Made by a program: the position numbers and the translations under genes. The notes under the pieces were generated by a model. The model ran no database searches and was not told where the DNA came from. It was given only the letters and a program-made list of their open reading frames with translations. This document shows, piece by piece, positions 42,846 through 58,494 of a stretch of DNA of 64,000 bases (position 1 is the stretch's first letter; each line of letters opens with the position of its first letter). This stretch comes from the human T2T-CHM13v2.0 reference genome, Homo sapiens: contig CP068257.2 of assembly GCA_009914755.4 (NCBI GenBank), forward strand, positions 29,600,001 to 29,664,000. Direction: 5' to 3'.

Positions 42846-45009
42846 TCACATGCATATACACATGATAAATCTGCGTAAGAATTTTAAAAAGCAATTATTC
42901 CGGATGGATTGCTTGTAGGGCGTTTTAATTTTCACAATTATACCTTTTTTTGGTATTTTCTAATGTTTTTATAGTAAATACGTAATTCACTTTAAGGAAA
43001 GTAAAATAAATAGAACATGCCAACAGGTTTTTAAGTCACCGAATTTTTTTTTACAGTTGAAGAGAGTAAGGATGTGGGCACTATGCTGACAGCTACAACA
43101 AAACGGCATCAAACCCAAACTCTAAAACAGATGGCCTGGAAAAATTACCTAAGATGAAGAAAATACTACCTAGCTTGGACTTATTCTACTTTTTCGCTAT
43201 ATTTCAATGGCACACTGACCTCCTCTCATTGTATCTATGGCAGCGTTATTTGTACACTGGCACATTTGTCTTGTTTTTAAGTACCCTCTTCTCATTTTAT
43301 TATAAAATCTCAATGGCAGAAACCATCTCTTACTTGTGATGGTAACCTAAATATACGGAAGTTTTCGTCTAGCTCTTCTGAGTGGGAATGTTCAACACCG
43401 ACATTGCCTTATAACAAGGGCACTTCAAATACATAAAACCTTAGATCTCACTGGTGGGTCCATGATCATCCAATTCATATCATATTCAAGTTAACTGTGA
43501 AAGCAAGGTTTCTCTGTCGTTGGGAAGGACATTGTGAAATCTGACCATAAGGCATTTAATGATGTAAGTTATAATGATTAATAATATAAATTTTCACTCC
43601 CCTGAGGTATTTAAAAACTTATTAAAATAAACGTAATCATTACCCTTCTATGACTTGAAAACAGGCCTCCAAAACTGCAGGAGAAAGGATGAAATGTATT
43701 TATTTCTAAGTTAAATTTGAAGCGAAATCACAAGACAACAGATTGCAAATGTAAAATTAGATTCTAGTGGGAGGTCTTGGTTTCAAGCCTGTTTTTTCCC
43801 TACTGGAGGCTGAGCTTGAAGACGGTGTTGGGGGGTGGGGGTGAGGGAGAGCTAAGATTAAATTGAGACGAAGTTCTGAAAGTTTTCGCTAAATCGTTAC
43901 AACCCATGAAAAGAGTTTTGCCAAGTCACACACAAATACCCTGAACACCAGAGACTAAGCAGGAAAGTTTTGCAACAAATATAAGATGATCTTTGATTTT
44001 GAAAAGATTATTATTTTGACTGTGTTTATTTTTACTTTTCAAAGATTATCCAAAGCAGAAACAAAACATATCATTGTTTTCAAGTCAGATTTTGAAGCTC
44101 GGGTTTGCCTTTTTCAAACATAATCCGATATAAAGATGGTGAAGCCCAGGGATAAATTTACGAGATCCTGAGGGCAATTCACAGCGGAGAAAGGATTTCA
44201 TAGGCACCTACTTTGTCTTTTCTGTTTTGTTTTAACGCTAATGCTTTCGAATTGTCAGATAGGTGTAACCCTAATCCAAGGAAGTGATTCCAAATTCTTT
44301 TTCCCACGAGCTACACACAACAATGATAGTAAAACGTATCTGTCCCACCACCTTTGAAGCATTTCCATTAATTCATACAAACATATAGGCTCAAATATAC
44401 ATATGCAAACCTACCTTAAAAGGCAACAGTGGTCCCCAGCCCAACTTGCTCCAAGAGCACTGTGGCATTTAGATATTGAGGTTGGAAATGATGTCCGGAT
44501 GAACAGCCACAGGGCTGGGGACGATGTCAGCACCTGCCCCCTGCGGTGGCCATCACAGTTTCATCTAAGTCTGTGAGAATGCGCCAAAAACCTGGAGAGG
44601 AGCAGGTCAGAGGAGATAGAAAAACAGAAAGAAAAGGATGAGGCAGAAGGAAGGAAATGGGCATTTTCTGTCAAACCCATTTCGTCAATTCCATGACGTC
44701 AACTTTTTGTGAAATACTGTCAGAGACGTTTGAACCACAGCAACTCCATCTTAAATAGGAGCTGGGTACAATGAGGCTGAAACCTACTGGTCTGCATTCC
44801 CAGATGCTTAAGGCATTCTAACTCACGGGATGAGGCAGGAGGTCAGCACAAGATACAGGTCATAAAGACTTTGCTGATAAAACAGATTGCAGTAAAGAAG
44901 TCCGCTAAAACCCACCAAAACCAAGATCGTGACAAGAGTGACCTCTGGTCATCCTCACTGCTACACTCCCACCAGCACCATGATAGTTTACAATGCCATG
45001 GCAATGTCA

Positions 45010-45335
<326 letters not shown>

Positions 45336-47294
45336 TCATCAAGAAATAACCATGAAAATGGGCAACCAGCAACCCTCGGGGCTGCTCTGTCTATGGAGTA
45401 GCCATTCTTTTATTCCTTCACTTTCTTAATAAACTTGCTTTCACTTTATAGACTCTCCCTGAATTCTTTCTTGTGCGAGATCCAAGAACCCTCTCTTAGA
45501 GTCTGGATCGGGACCTCTTTCCTGTAACAATATGACATCCCAAATCAAATGATGCAACATTTGGATACAGGCATAAAATGACAGGCTTAAATCAGATAAA
45601 TAAATAAATACACACCAGCCTATTTACATTTAGGGTAATACATAGCCCTACAGACTAAGTTATCTTATTATTTTAATCTATCTGTGTATATTAAGGTGTT
45701 GGACAACAGAAACAGGTTACTACAGAATGATTCCCATGTCCCACTCAATCTTCAGAGTCTCAAGAAACAGAAATGAAAGGAAACCAGCAACCCTCAGTTA
45801 TTCTCAAAGTAGTGCTGTATTTATAACAAACATTGAAGAAAATGCTGAAAGAGAGTAAAACAGAAGCCCAAATCACTTACATAGAACTTTCCATTGTATA
45901 CACGTTTTCTTACGAAGGCAAACATCAAATTCAGAGAAAATGCATGAAGAATATGCACAGGAAAAAATTTAGGTAAAAGATCCAAACTGCAATTTAACAT
46001 GGAAAATCAATGGACAAGAGCTCCAGGAACACGTGGGGTTAATGGGGTTGTTTTATTTCCTTCATCTTTTTAAAGCCTGCTGGTAGAGGTGAAATTACAA
46101 ATACTAAGGCAAGCAAAAGAAAGGCCTGAAGGGCCTCTTTGGGTGGCTTCATTTTGGTACTTTCTTCCCAGACATTCCCCTGGGGCTGCCCGCTGCTGGT
46201 GGTTTCAGCAGGTGGGAACCTGAGATGACAAACACTTTGAGCAGGAATATGAAGAAAACTGCCTATTTTGTGGAAAGGAGCCACATACAGGCAGTAAATA
46301 AATATATACGTCTATCCAGAATGGAACAATAAGCAAAGACAGTTCTTCCTTATCTTGGAAAATATGCTATTTAACCATGAAGTTAGTGACTCATGCTTGC
46401 AGGGAAAGGAGCACGAGTTCTCAGCAATACCCCATTATTACCCCACAATATATTCCCTTTCCACAATTCCCCCATTGCTACCCGGTTGGCTCCCTTTCCC
46501 TGGGCATCCTCCTTAAACGGCTCTCTGCGAATTTCCGAATTTCCAAAGCAGTTCCTGAATTGCTTAGGAACTGGCAGAAATTAATAAGCAATAGCCCATT
46601 TATGCTGAAATGGACTCATTACGGTGCCAGCTGCCAATAATTTGCAAGGCTGGATTCTTCCTGGCAAAGGAGGCCGGCAGGCGGCTGTCCTTCCACCTGC
46701 ACAACGGAGGCTGATAATGCATTTTCTATACTTTAAAAAAATTACGTATTCAGATAGAATAAAATTTTTTCTCTATCTATATTCTTCTAGTCCCTGAACA
46801 AAAAAATATATAAATAAATAAATAAACAAAAAAAAACTATACAGAGAGAAAGGGCATTATTTGAAAAACACGAAGGAAAGCAAAACGGAGTCGATTTGGT
46901 ATAACTTCTTTCTGACTTTCGTGGGGAAAAAATTTGCCTATGACCCTGGTTGCGGAACTGATCCATGACATGGACTAATGAAGAGCTCCACAATCAGCAG
47001 ATATGCTAAGGTCACAATGTGCCAACAAGTACGTATCCATTTCCCTTACAGCAGGTTAATTGTCTCATGGCCTTGTGAATGGATGCCACCATGGCAATTT
47101 GGGAACTATCAGTACTCTGGGTTTTCTCCAAGAGCTGCAAAGAACTCAGTTTCACTGGGAGACAGCTACGTACCAAGCTCAGTGTTGGGAGTCCAAGCTG
47201 GGAGTCGGGCTGCACGCATCCGGTCATATCTTGGCTTTGCAAGTCAAATCTTTACTTTCAGCGTGACTTGGGGCAAACTCTAAATGTCCTATCC

Positions 47295-47460
47295 CTCTAA
47301 CAGGTGGGGATGATAAGATTCCTAAATCATTGGGTTGTCATGAGCATTAAATGAGATCATCTATGTTACAGAATTTGCCTCGTGCCTATCCCATTATCGT
47401 TTCTCAATAAATGTTACCCTATCTCAGGATCGGTTCTCAATAAACATTAGCTATTATTTC
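47295..47460 (+). mobile_element. MIR SINE 3' portion (plus orientation)
   Basis: ggtggggatgataagattcctaaatcattgggttgtcatgagcattaaatgagatcatctatgttacagaatttgcctcgtgcctatcccattatcgtttctcaataaatgtta vs MIR consensus ...gggttgttgtgaggattaaatgag..aatgcatgtaaagcgcttagcacagtgcctggcacatagtaagcgctcaataaatgttagctattatt. Confidence 0.7.
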
Positions 47461-47675
47461 CACTACTATTTAAAATGTTTAAACCATAAAGAATGTGCTA
47501 CAGAATGGGCCAGTATTATGCAGGCTTCCTTAGCAAAATGATACCTAATTCATTGAAACTGAATCATATGTTATAAATTGAATGACATCAGTCACCTTAA
47601 ATTTGCTGTGGAACAAGGAGAGTTAACTAATCCAGCTAGAAGATGCATGCGGTCTACTCAATCGGCTACAGCTCA

Positions 47676-47742
47676 CACAGACACACAGACACACACAGAC
47701 ACACACGCGTGCGCGCACACACACACACACAGCCATACTGAT
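47676..47742. repeat. Imperfect (CA)n / (CAGA)n microsatellite with a GC core
   Basis: cacacagacacacagacacacacagacacacacgcgtgcgcgcacacacacacacag. Confidence 0.9.
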
Positions 47743-47847
47743 GAAATCCAGCAGTACCAGTAGGCCTGCTTACATTATGTTAAGATGACTCCTAGGGAAG
47801 CGAATGCTGAAATTACCAAGTTTTTCAGTCTCACTCTGAGGCATCCT

Positions 47848-48218
47848 TGATATGGTTTGGCAGTGCCCCCACCCAAATCTCATCTTGAATTGTAACTCCC
47901 ACATTCCCACGTGTCATGGGAGGGACCCAGTGAAACGTAGTTGAATCATGGAGGTGGGTCTTTCTTGTGCTGTTCTCCCAATTGGTGAGTAAGTCTCATG
48001 AGAGCTGATGGTTTTAAAAAGAGGAGTTTCCCTGCACGAGCTCTCTCTTTGCCTACGGCCATCCAGGTAAGATGTGACTTTCTCCTCCCTGCCTTCCTCC
48101 TTGATTGTGAGGCATCCCCAGCCACGTGGAACTGTGAGTCCAATTAAACCTCTTTCTTTTGTAAATTGCCCAGTCTGGGGTATGTGTTTATCAGCAGGAT
48201 GAAAATGGACTAATACAA
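47848..48218 (+). mobile_element. THE1/MST-type MaLR LTR (second, more diverged copy)
   Basis: tgatatggtttggcagtgcccccacccaaatctcatcttgaattgtaactcccacattcccacgtgtcatgggagggacccagtg ... cagccacgtggaactgtgagtccaattaaacctctttcttttgtaaattgcccagtctggggtatgtgtttatcagcaggatgaaaatggactaatacaa. Confidence 0.85.
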
Positions 48219-48511
48219 TCCTCAATTCATATGGCCAATTTCTGTGTCATGTGTCAAATAAGCAGTTTTCACAGGAAAATGTGTGTACTGGAAGTATTAC
48301 CAAAACTAATCTCAGGCTTCAAATACCCGCAAAAATTGATGGGGCTGAGAAGTCCCACTGCTCCACTCCTGTAATATTATTTAAGATGAAAATACGGTGT
48401 CAGAAATACTGTGTCCACAGCATTTAATCCTTGGCTTTTCCAAAAATGTCTGCCAAACCAGAACTTTCTTTTTCACCTTCAAAGTGTCAAAGACACTTGG
48501 GGGTGGGGGGG

Positions 48512-48791
48512 CAGGGGACAGACACAGTGGCTCATGCCTGTAACCATAGTGCTTTGGGAGGTTGAGGTGGGAGGATGGCTTGAGGACAGGAGTTCAAGAC
48601 CAGCCTGGGCAAAACAGTGAGACACCCACCTCTACAAAAAATAAAAAAAATTAGCTGGGTGTGGTGGCGTATGTGTACTCCCAGCTACTTGGGAGGCTGA
48701 GGTCAGAGGATCCCTTGAGCCCAGGAGTTTGAGGTTATAGCCTGGGCAACAAAGTGAGACCCTAACTCAAAAAAAAAAAAAAAAAAAAAAA
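48512..48791 (+). mobile_element. Alu SINE with internal deletion in the right arm; long poly-A
   Basis: ggacagacacagtggctcatgcctgtaaccatagtgctttgggaggttgaggtgggaggatggcttgagg ... cccaggagtttgaggttatagcctgggcaacaaagtgagaccctaactcaaaaaaaaaaaaaaaaaaaaa. Confidence 0.85.
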
Positions 48792-49324
48792 CAACGACAA
48801 AAAAACACACTCATAAGGGAAATTCTGTCATTTTTAAGTCCTTGCAAGTTCCAGGCATCAGTGTGTAGAGAAAAGGATACTGTATTGTATTTGCCCTCAA
48901 AATACCCAGGTTCAATTCAGGTGCTATTACTTCATAAATAAAGTGACTTTTGGATAGTAAATTACCCATTCTGAAAACCATCAGAAAAAATGAGGACGTA
49001 AATATTATTTGTCTTATCAATACTTACCTCTAATACCTTTTCTTATAGGAAAGAAATTAGATAATCAACATGTAACACTATAAACTATAAAATTTATGTA
49101 AGTATGGAAATTCTTACTGTGTTTACTACGATTTAGTGTCCCCAAATTTTCCATAACCAGTAGTTTAATGACAATCAGGAGGTTTTCCTTTACATTGAGC
49201 TTAAACAGTGGGGGCAGAAGTCTTGGATCAAAATCCTAAACATGTATTTCATATGCAATAAGCACCAACAGCCTTTAGCTTTTAACAGTCATACTTAGAC
49301 CCCAAATCAGTACTGACAGATAAA

Positions 49325-49597
49325 TAGGTGGATGGTAGATGGGTAGATGAATGGACAGATAAGTGGATGGATGGATGGATGGATGGATGGATAGATGGAC
49401 AGACGGTGATGGATAATAGATATATGGATGAATGGTAGATGGATGGATGGGTGGTGGATGGAGATAGAGATATGGATGAATGGTAGATGGGTGGATGGAT
49501 GGATAGAGTGATAGTGGATGGTGAATGGATAATTGATGGGTGGTAGGTGGATAGATGGATGGTAGATGGGCAGATGGATGGATGTAGATGGATGGAT
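49325..49597. repeat. Imperfect tetranucleotide minisatellite (GGAT)n / (GATG)n / (TAGA)n-rich block
   Basis: ggtggatggtagatgggtagatgaatggacagataagtggatggatggatggatggatggatggatagatggacagacgg... seen directly; the minus ORF 49275..49604 with repetitive IHPS/IYPS translation is an artefact of it. Confidence 0.95.
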
Positions 49598-51110
49598 CTA
49601 GCACATTAGAAAATTTTAAGTGGCTCAGAAATTAAAGAAGTTTCATCACTTTTTAAACTGTTACTTAAGAAAAAACTTGGGAATGACTTCTAAGGATACA
49701 CAATTTAAAAAGTAATAGGAGGAATGAGGGTAACCATGAATATCCTGTTGAGCTACACATCTAGCTCCATTTAACAGTAAGCTTTATAACAGCCAAGTCA
49801 AATAGGAAAAACATGGCAGTTGTAAATTTCACAATGTCCAAATCGATGGCTCAAAGGAAGCACAAAAGTTCTTGGTTCTTGGTACTCGGATCAAACAGGC
49901 ATCTCCACTGGTGTTCCTCTGAGGCCACTGTGATATGATGAGCAATGCTCTAGACCTCATCCTTCCACGGAGGCTCAGTGACAAATTTCATAGGAATGTT
50001 TCTTGTCTTGAAAATTATTTTTTTAAAAACCGCAATTCAGCAGCAAGCAGCCGTCTTGAAGACGCAGGATACTGCTGCAGAGTGGACAGACAGTGTTCCT
50101 TCCAGGAAATTCTTCTTGAGCACTGCCTGCCCTCCACGGAGTGCAGAAGCATGACTGAGTGGGGGTGACCTTGAGATGGACTCTCTGGCTCACAGCTGAT
50201 TGTAGCTGGGACATGCTGACAGATGACCACACCCCATCTGGTGTAAAGCCACTGTTTTCACCAAGGGTGTGTCTGTCTGGCTTCTGTGAAAGCTGAGATA
50301 GCAATAAGGATTCATGCACAAAGCTTCCTACCTTCCCACTGACGGCCCTGGGGCAGGGCCAGGACTCCCAGTGAAAAACCAATCCCTCCGAACAGATGAA
50401 TGAGCCATGATAAGGGCCCCAAGTTCCTACTCCATAAAGCATGAATGAAATAGTTTTAGCCCCACCATATTTCAAAGGCAGGTATAAAAAGACACCCAAA
50501 TCAGAAAATTATTAAAAAGTCCCCAGAACTTTCCATATCCACAGACTGCCCTAGTTTTGGGCAATGTTACTTCCTAATGTATCCAAATATATCCTAAATA
50601 AACTAAGCAAGAGAACAGATTCATACAATCAATATGTTTAAGTCAACCACAAGTTGGGAACTATCTAAAATCATAACTTTAATTTTAGAGCGGTAAATCT
50701 TTGACAATACTTAATCAACAGGTTCAGCCAGGACAGACATTACCATATTTCTTAGAAGTAAAGTCGGTACATTTCAAAGTGAAGTTACTATGTATGTCAA
50801 CTTAGGGCGAGCTACCATTTATGGAAAGCTTACTATCTGGCTGGCACTGTGTTCATGGCATCAGGCCAAAGTGCTCTTTAGACTTCCCCTAAGTTCTTGG
50901 TGTTTATCACCTTGCAACTACACCTTTGACTGACAGCTGCCAACATACTGCAACACTGACACCACATCACTTCCTGCAAAGCTTCCTCCCAACAGGGTTT
51001 AGAAGCCACCAGACCCCCAAGGGCTGTGTTACATGGCCAGTGTCCAAATCTCCCAAATATTCATACAGCCTGACTCTAGGAATGGTTCAAATGAGGCCCC
51101 AGCTCGCTGA

Positions 51111-51591
<481 letters not shown>

Positions 51592-52181
51592 TAGTTTCCA
51601 TGGAATGCTAGAACACAGCTTTGGGCTCGCTCTTGGCTCCTAAATTCCAAGTTTCAGTCACATCAAAAAAGCACGCTTACATCGTAAGGCAGGGTAGAAC
51701 ATTTGATCCCCAAAGAAAATAGAAATGGAGCTGAATGTCATTAACTTCTAATGCTTAGATCTGTCCTTTGCTATTTCACCACACTGTGGCTTAACGTACA
51801 GGGTGTTCCCTGTGAGAGAACTAGGTAATCTAAGCTCGTGCAAGAAGACAGTGGGAGAGGACAGTATTCATTCTCAGTGTTTTCATACCTCCTATGAAAC
51901 ATAAGAGAGTAATAATCCTTAAACCGCACACCAAAATAATCGCCTCAAGAACATATCAACACCTTGGTTTAGAAGAGATGTCAAAATCAAATCACTTTAT
52001 CCAACAACTCATTTTCCAAAATTGAGCCACCCTTAGGTCTCTTCCCTTGGACAGAGCTGCCTCCCACTCCCATGTAAGTTGTAGAAGCTGCAACAGGCAC
52101 AGGAGGAAGCCACACTTCCTAGGACACACAGCAGGGGGGGTGGAGGGTAAACAGAGCTCCTCTTTCACTGTCAAAGACTGA

Positions 52182-52475
<294 letters not shown>

Positions 52476-53260
52476 GGAATTTGGTTCTAATTCTCTGTTT
52501 TCCAAGCCTGAAGTTCAGCCTTGAGCCAGCCTGGAGACAAGGGAGTCTCCATTCCAAGGGACATGGCCCAACATGGGAAGTCAGGGAAAAAGGCACCGCA
52601 AGGGACTCTCAGACTCAGCAGCTTCTGTCTACCTCCAAGACATTCTCCAGACCTGCCCCAGTGACCCAAAAGCACGAAAGTGCAACCTGCAATTTCCCTG
52701 ATGGCCTCTGACCCCTACAGCCTGGCTTCCCCTAACCTGTTCCCTTACCATGCAGCCAAGAGGAAAGTCTTTCAGCCAAAAATACAGTCAGGATATCAAG
52801 AGGTCCCCTTCCTTCATCAGGAAGCAGAACAGGATGTGGTCATCAGCTATGATTTCATTCCCCAAGCCACCCCCCCAAGCCAATTCCCAACCCATAGCTG
52901 CCTTCGCACACAGAGGGGTGTGGCCACTCTGGAATCAGGGAAGAGCTTGTGGGGGGGGCGGTGAGGCCATGAACTCAAGAGGCCAGGGTGGCAACTAAGC
53001 CTGTTGGCAACAAGGGCTGGGACTGCCTGCATCCAGACAACAGAGAAGATAATCCCAAGCACTGCTGGAAAGGTCACGGGGATGGGGTGTGAAAATCTGC
53101 CTTGTTGTCCCTGGATGCTTTGAGCCTAAAGGGCCCATCCAAAAAGAATCACTCCCCCCATGGACTTGCTGCTTTCACCTTGGGGCTGTCTCTGCTGCTG
53201 TTGCACTTGTGTTGACGGCATGAAATTCTTTTAACAGAACATGGTTAAAGAGAGATTTCA

Positions 53261-53584
<324 letters not shown>

Positions 53585-53960
53585 AGAGAGTTCAGTCTTC
53601 CAGATAACGAGAAAGCTTTTAAGGCTATGACATTGTAAGTGGAGAGGAAGAAAGAGAATCTAGAAATATTAAGTATGTAAGTGTGTGTATATCATTGATC
53701 AGCAACTTAATTTAATAACTAAAAGGTATTGGGCAAGTATGATAGTTGGGAAATAAGAGTTTCCATATGTAAAAAGTGAAATTGTAATAGGATCCTGTGT
53801 TGCACCATTGCTAGGGGGATATTATGAATATCATCAACCTTGATATGTGTTTAGGTAGCATAACCTAACAGAAGGATTTTAATCAAAGACTAAATAAACA
53901 TCGCAGTGCAGCAAAGAATATTGCATTTTAAAGTTAATGATTTAAAAAAATATTTAAAGG

Positions 53961-54093
53961 GTCCAGGCACAGTGAGTGGCTCATGCCTGTAATCCTAGCA
54001 TGTTGGGAGGCTGAGGCAGGAGGACGACTTGGGCCCAGGAGTTCGAGACCAGTCTGGGCAACATGGTAAGACCTCATGTCTATTTCTTTAAAA
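53961..54093 (+). mobile_element. Free left Alu monomer (FLAM-like), TSD aaaatatttaaagg
   Basis: gtccaggcacagtgagtggctcatgcctgtaatcctagcatgttgggaggctgaggcaggaggacgacttgggcccaggagttcgagaccagtctgggcaacatggtaagacctcatgtctatttctttaaaataaaaatatttaaagg. Confidence 0.75.
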
Positions 54094-54110
54094 TAAAAAT
54101 ATTTAAAGGA

Positions 54111-54399
54111 CTGGGCTTGGTGGCTCATGCCTGCAATCTTAGCACTTTGGGAAGCCGAAACAGGAAGATCACTTGAGCTCAGAAGTTCAAGACCAGCCTG
54201 GGAAACACAGTAAGACATCATCTGTAAAAGCAATTAAAAAAAAAAATTAGTCAGGTGTGGTGGCATGCACCTGTAGTCCCAGCTACTGGGATGGCTTGCC
54301 CGGGAGGATCACTTAAGCCCAGGAGATCAAGGCTGCAATGAGCTGTGGCTGTGCCATGGTACTCCACCCTAGGCAACAGAGAGAGATCCTGTCTCAACA
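54111..54399 (+). mobile_element. Alu SINE; followed by a short (GT)n
   Basis: actgggcttggtggctcatgcctgcaatcttagcactttgggaagccgaaacagg ... ctgtgccatggtactccaccctaggcaacagagagagatcctgtctcaacaaa. Confidence 0.88.
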
Positions 54400-57300
54400 A
54401 ATTGTGTGTGTGTGTGCATTTATTTATTTAAAGAAATTCTTCCCACAGATTTTCAAAATACAGATGATTCTTTTGAAAGAGAAGAACTGAGGTTGAAACT
54501 TGAGGACTTTGTCAGAGGTACCACAAGACAGAGTGACGTAACCATGGTCAAAAGGCCTTGAGTCCCAAGTCACTCCCTGGGCACTTGGTCCCAAATTCTC
54601 CTTTAGTCACTCCTCATTTTAAAATGGAAAAAAAAAATGACCTTAAGTTTTTATTTGCAAATCATTTCAAGTTGTTTCACAGTTATACAATTAAGACTAC
54701 AAGCTCTAACATGTAAAAACATAATTCTTTATTTCATTGATTTTAAGAAACACTATTTTTGACTCTTAACATCTTTGAAATTGAATATATCTTACAATCA
54801 CAATGGTGTATTGGGGTTTAGTGGTGCCATTTTCTCTGCTTCTTAGTGGTATGCAAAATAGTGGTGCATTTTACAAATGACAGCATCTTATGAAAAAGAG
54901 TATATAAAAATAGGCTTCTAAATAGCTACGCTTAGGGCTATCTAAAAACTGCTTATGAATTGTTTGGGTAAGACAGAGTATCTATGTAGAATTTTACTGA
55001 TGATCACACATTCAGTTCAACTCAACCAACATTTTACTGGGCACCTGTTATATGTTTGGAATGAGGAAATAGACCATTTCTTTATGATGCATATAATCTG
55101 GGAAGACAGTGGGCATCTACCCACTCAGACAGGGCTGTAACAGCTAGTCTGGCATTATTAATAGTGAAGGATGTGAAGAAATAGACTAATTCTGCTAGGA
55201 GAGGCTCTCGGTTGAACCTGGTCCTGACAGGTTAATAGGATTTGGCTTAGCTTAGGAGGATGAGAGGAAATGAACAGGGATAGGAGAGAGTTTACACAAA
55301 GAGAAGGACAGAAATTTCCAGTAAAAGAGAAGGGTATAAGCAAAGACTCTGAGGAATGAAAGTATCATTAGCCCAATGTTGCAGTGAGGCGAGTGCATGG
55401 GAAAAAGCTGGAGATGATGAAGCTAAAAAGATGGGCTGGGGCTATGGATGCTACACAAAGGAACTGAACATGATTGTATTTGATGGGATTACACGATGAG
55501 ATTTTATTATGGGAGTTACATGATCAAACATAGTTTTCCCACCTGGGTAGCTTGGAAGAGAAGGGAAAGACTTATTGCAAGCCATCAATAAGTTGGGATG
55601 GCCCAACGGGGACAGTGAGTGCCTTGGAGTAGTGAGAATGACAGGTAGGATCACCAGGACTCGGTGGCCACATACATCCTTTGAGGAAAGAAGGAGGAAG
55701 AACAAGGAGGCATAGACTTCTCTGAAGTTCCTGGCTTGGTAACTGAAATGGAAGGTGACAATAACACCTTCCACTCTGAGGTATAATCAAGCACCAGATT
55801 CAAATGTTATCCCTGAGGGGCCACAATTCACTCACAGTGATCTTACTGGAAATTTGGTGTCCATTCCACAAAGGACCTCAAAAACAAAGGACTGGAACCC
55901 ACTAGAACAGCAATACAGTTAAAAAACAAAAACAAACAAACAAAAAAAACAACCTTCCTGCCTTAGTATGTTTGGGCTGCTATAACAAAATACCTTAGAC
56001 TGAGTAATTTATAAACAACAGAAATTTCTTGCTCACAGTTCTAGGGGCTGGGAAGTCCAAGTTCAGGTTGCCAGCAGATTCAGCATCTGATGAGGGCCTG
56101 TTCCTCACAGATGGCACCTTCCTGATACATCCTCTCCTGATAGAAAGGGCAAACAGGCTCCTTCAAGTCTCTTTCATAAGGGCACGAATCCCATTTATGA
56201 GGGCAGAGCACTCATGACCTAATCACGTCCTAAAGGCCCCACCGCATGATACTATCACATTCAGGTATTAGGTTCCAACATATGAATTTATACCAACATT
56301 CAGAGCATAGCAACTCCCAAAAAACTTAGATCAGGGAGGATATTGGAATGGAGACACAAATAATGGCCAATTCCAATGCAGATTTATGGAACTTAAAACA
56401 CACACAAAAACAAAACCAAACCCTCTAATTATCCATGAGAGGCCAGAAGTTTCAAACATTATCTCAACCACACTTTGTATGGACTAAATCAATACCTGTA
56501 ATAATAAATGGATTTAACAGCTTCAATAATTTAATGCAAAAATAAAAATAGGATGCCTCAGCCTTGGCATCATAAAGTTAAAAAGTAAATCAGATTTGGG
56601 TTCAGTCTCCAAAATATTCTCAGGCTGCAGGAAACCCACCATGCTGTTGACTCACATCTTGAACTCACTCTTATTATTTAAATAAGATCACTGAATGCAG
56701 GCAATGATCAAAGCTGTACAAATCACAGTGCAATATATCTGCAATGCATAAATAAGCATGCCCAAGTGCCACTTAAACACATGTAGCATTTAAGAACAAT
56801 CATTTAACTTTTCTGTGAGTGTATAAAATAAGAAGTCAATAGCTTTGCAACACCATGCAGATCTCAGGCAATGCCCTGGTTTATGTGAGTGACCAGACCA
56901 GCAAAGGATGAGAGTGGAGCACATGGTGATGGGCACAGAGGGATGGCAAGAAAGACATGGGTTAACTATGGGACACAAGTGACTTGGCCCAACTCTCCTA
57001 AGCACCCATTCTTTTTAAAGTTAGGTGGATGGTCTGGAAGTTTTTGTGCTCCCTACGCCTGGAAAGAAGTCCATATTTCTTTAACTTTCTCAAGTCAAAA
57101 CCCACGGGCATCACAATGGTAACCACCATGAGATTTTTCTCTACTGGGTATTCTTTTTTCAGTATAGGTGATTCAATTAAGGCAAAAGTACCACTGAGCT
57201 GGACCCCAGAAAAGTGACCTAAGCTCATTTAAAAGCCGGTGCAAGATATTTTGGCTGTACAACAATTACTGTTCATCCTAGCCAAATGACAAATTGGGAG

Positions 57301-58035
57301 AGAATAAAAAGCATATGAAGTCATTGCGAATCAGATTTGTTATGTAGAAGAAAACAAAAATCAAACAGAGCCCATATTCCCCTCCCTAAAAATCATAAGA
57401 GGATAATCAGCCTCTTTTAATATAAAGGCAATTCCTGGGGAGTCATGGGAACGTTTCTCAAACAGTGATACATCAGTCCCCATGCAGAAAACCGATACAT
57501 AAAATCACAAAGCAAATCTGTTTCTAGTATGACAGCAACAGGCTTTAAAAGCCTGACATTCACTGCCAAGTAATATCTATGGGACCACACACAAGGGAAG
57601 TGAAACAGACACTAGGCTTGCCCTCTACGAATCAATGAGTATACTCCTGTCCAGGGCACTATGATGCAAATGGTTTTATTGGCATCACCATTCAAAAAAA
57701 TAGTTCTAAGCATGCCCACCCCGAAGAGTATGCCTACCACTGCTGATTTATTTAATGTATATATACTTGAAGTACTGTTCAAATACATTATGCACATTTC
57801 AATTTTCTGTATGTATTTATATAGCACATAATTTATTTGAACCAACAGAAATCTAAAGGCAAAAGATGAAACATAAATTTTGAAATTTCCTTTCATGCCC
57901 TGATGAATTCATCTTGCACATTCATCTGATATTGAAGGCCAGTGCTCAAGGAAATACAGGGCCGATCTGGGACCTACCAAAAAAAAATCAGGAAAGGCAA
58001 CTTGTGGAGAACTCAGGCTCAAAAAACAAACATTG

Positions 58036-58494
<459 letters not shown>

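Noticed and set aside
49275-49604. 109-aa minus-strand ORF with repeating IHPS/IYPS/SIHP units
   Set aside because: Straight translation of the (GGAT)n/(GATG)n minisatellite.
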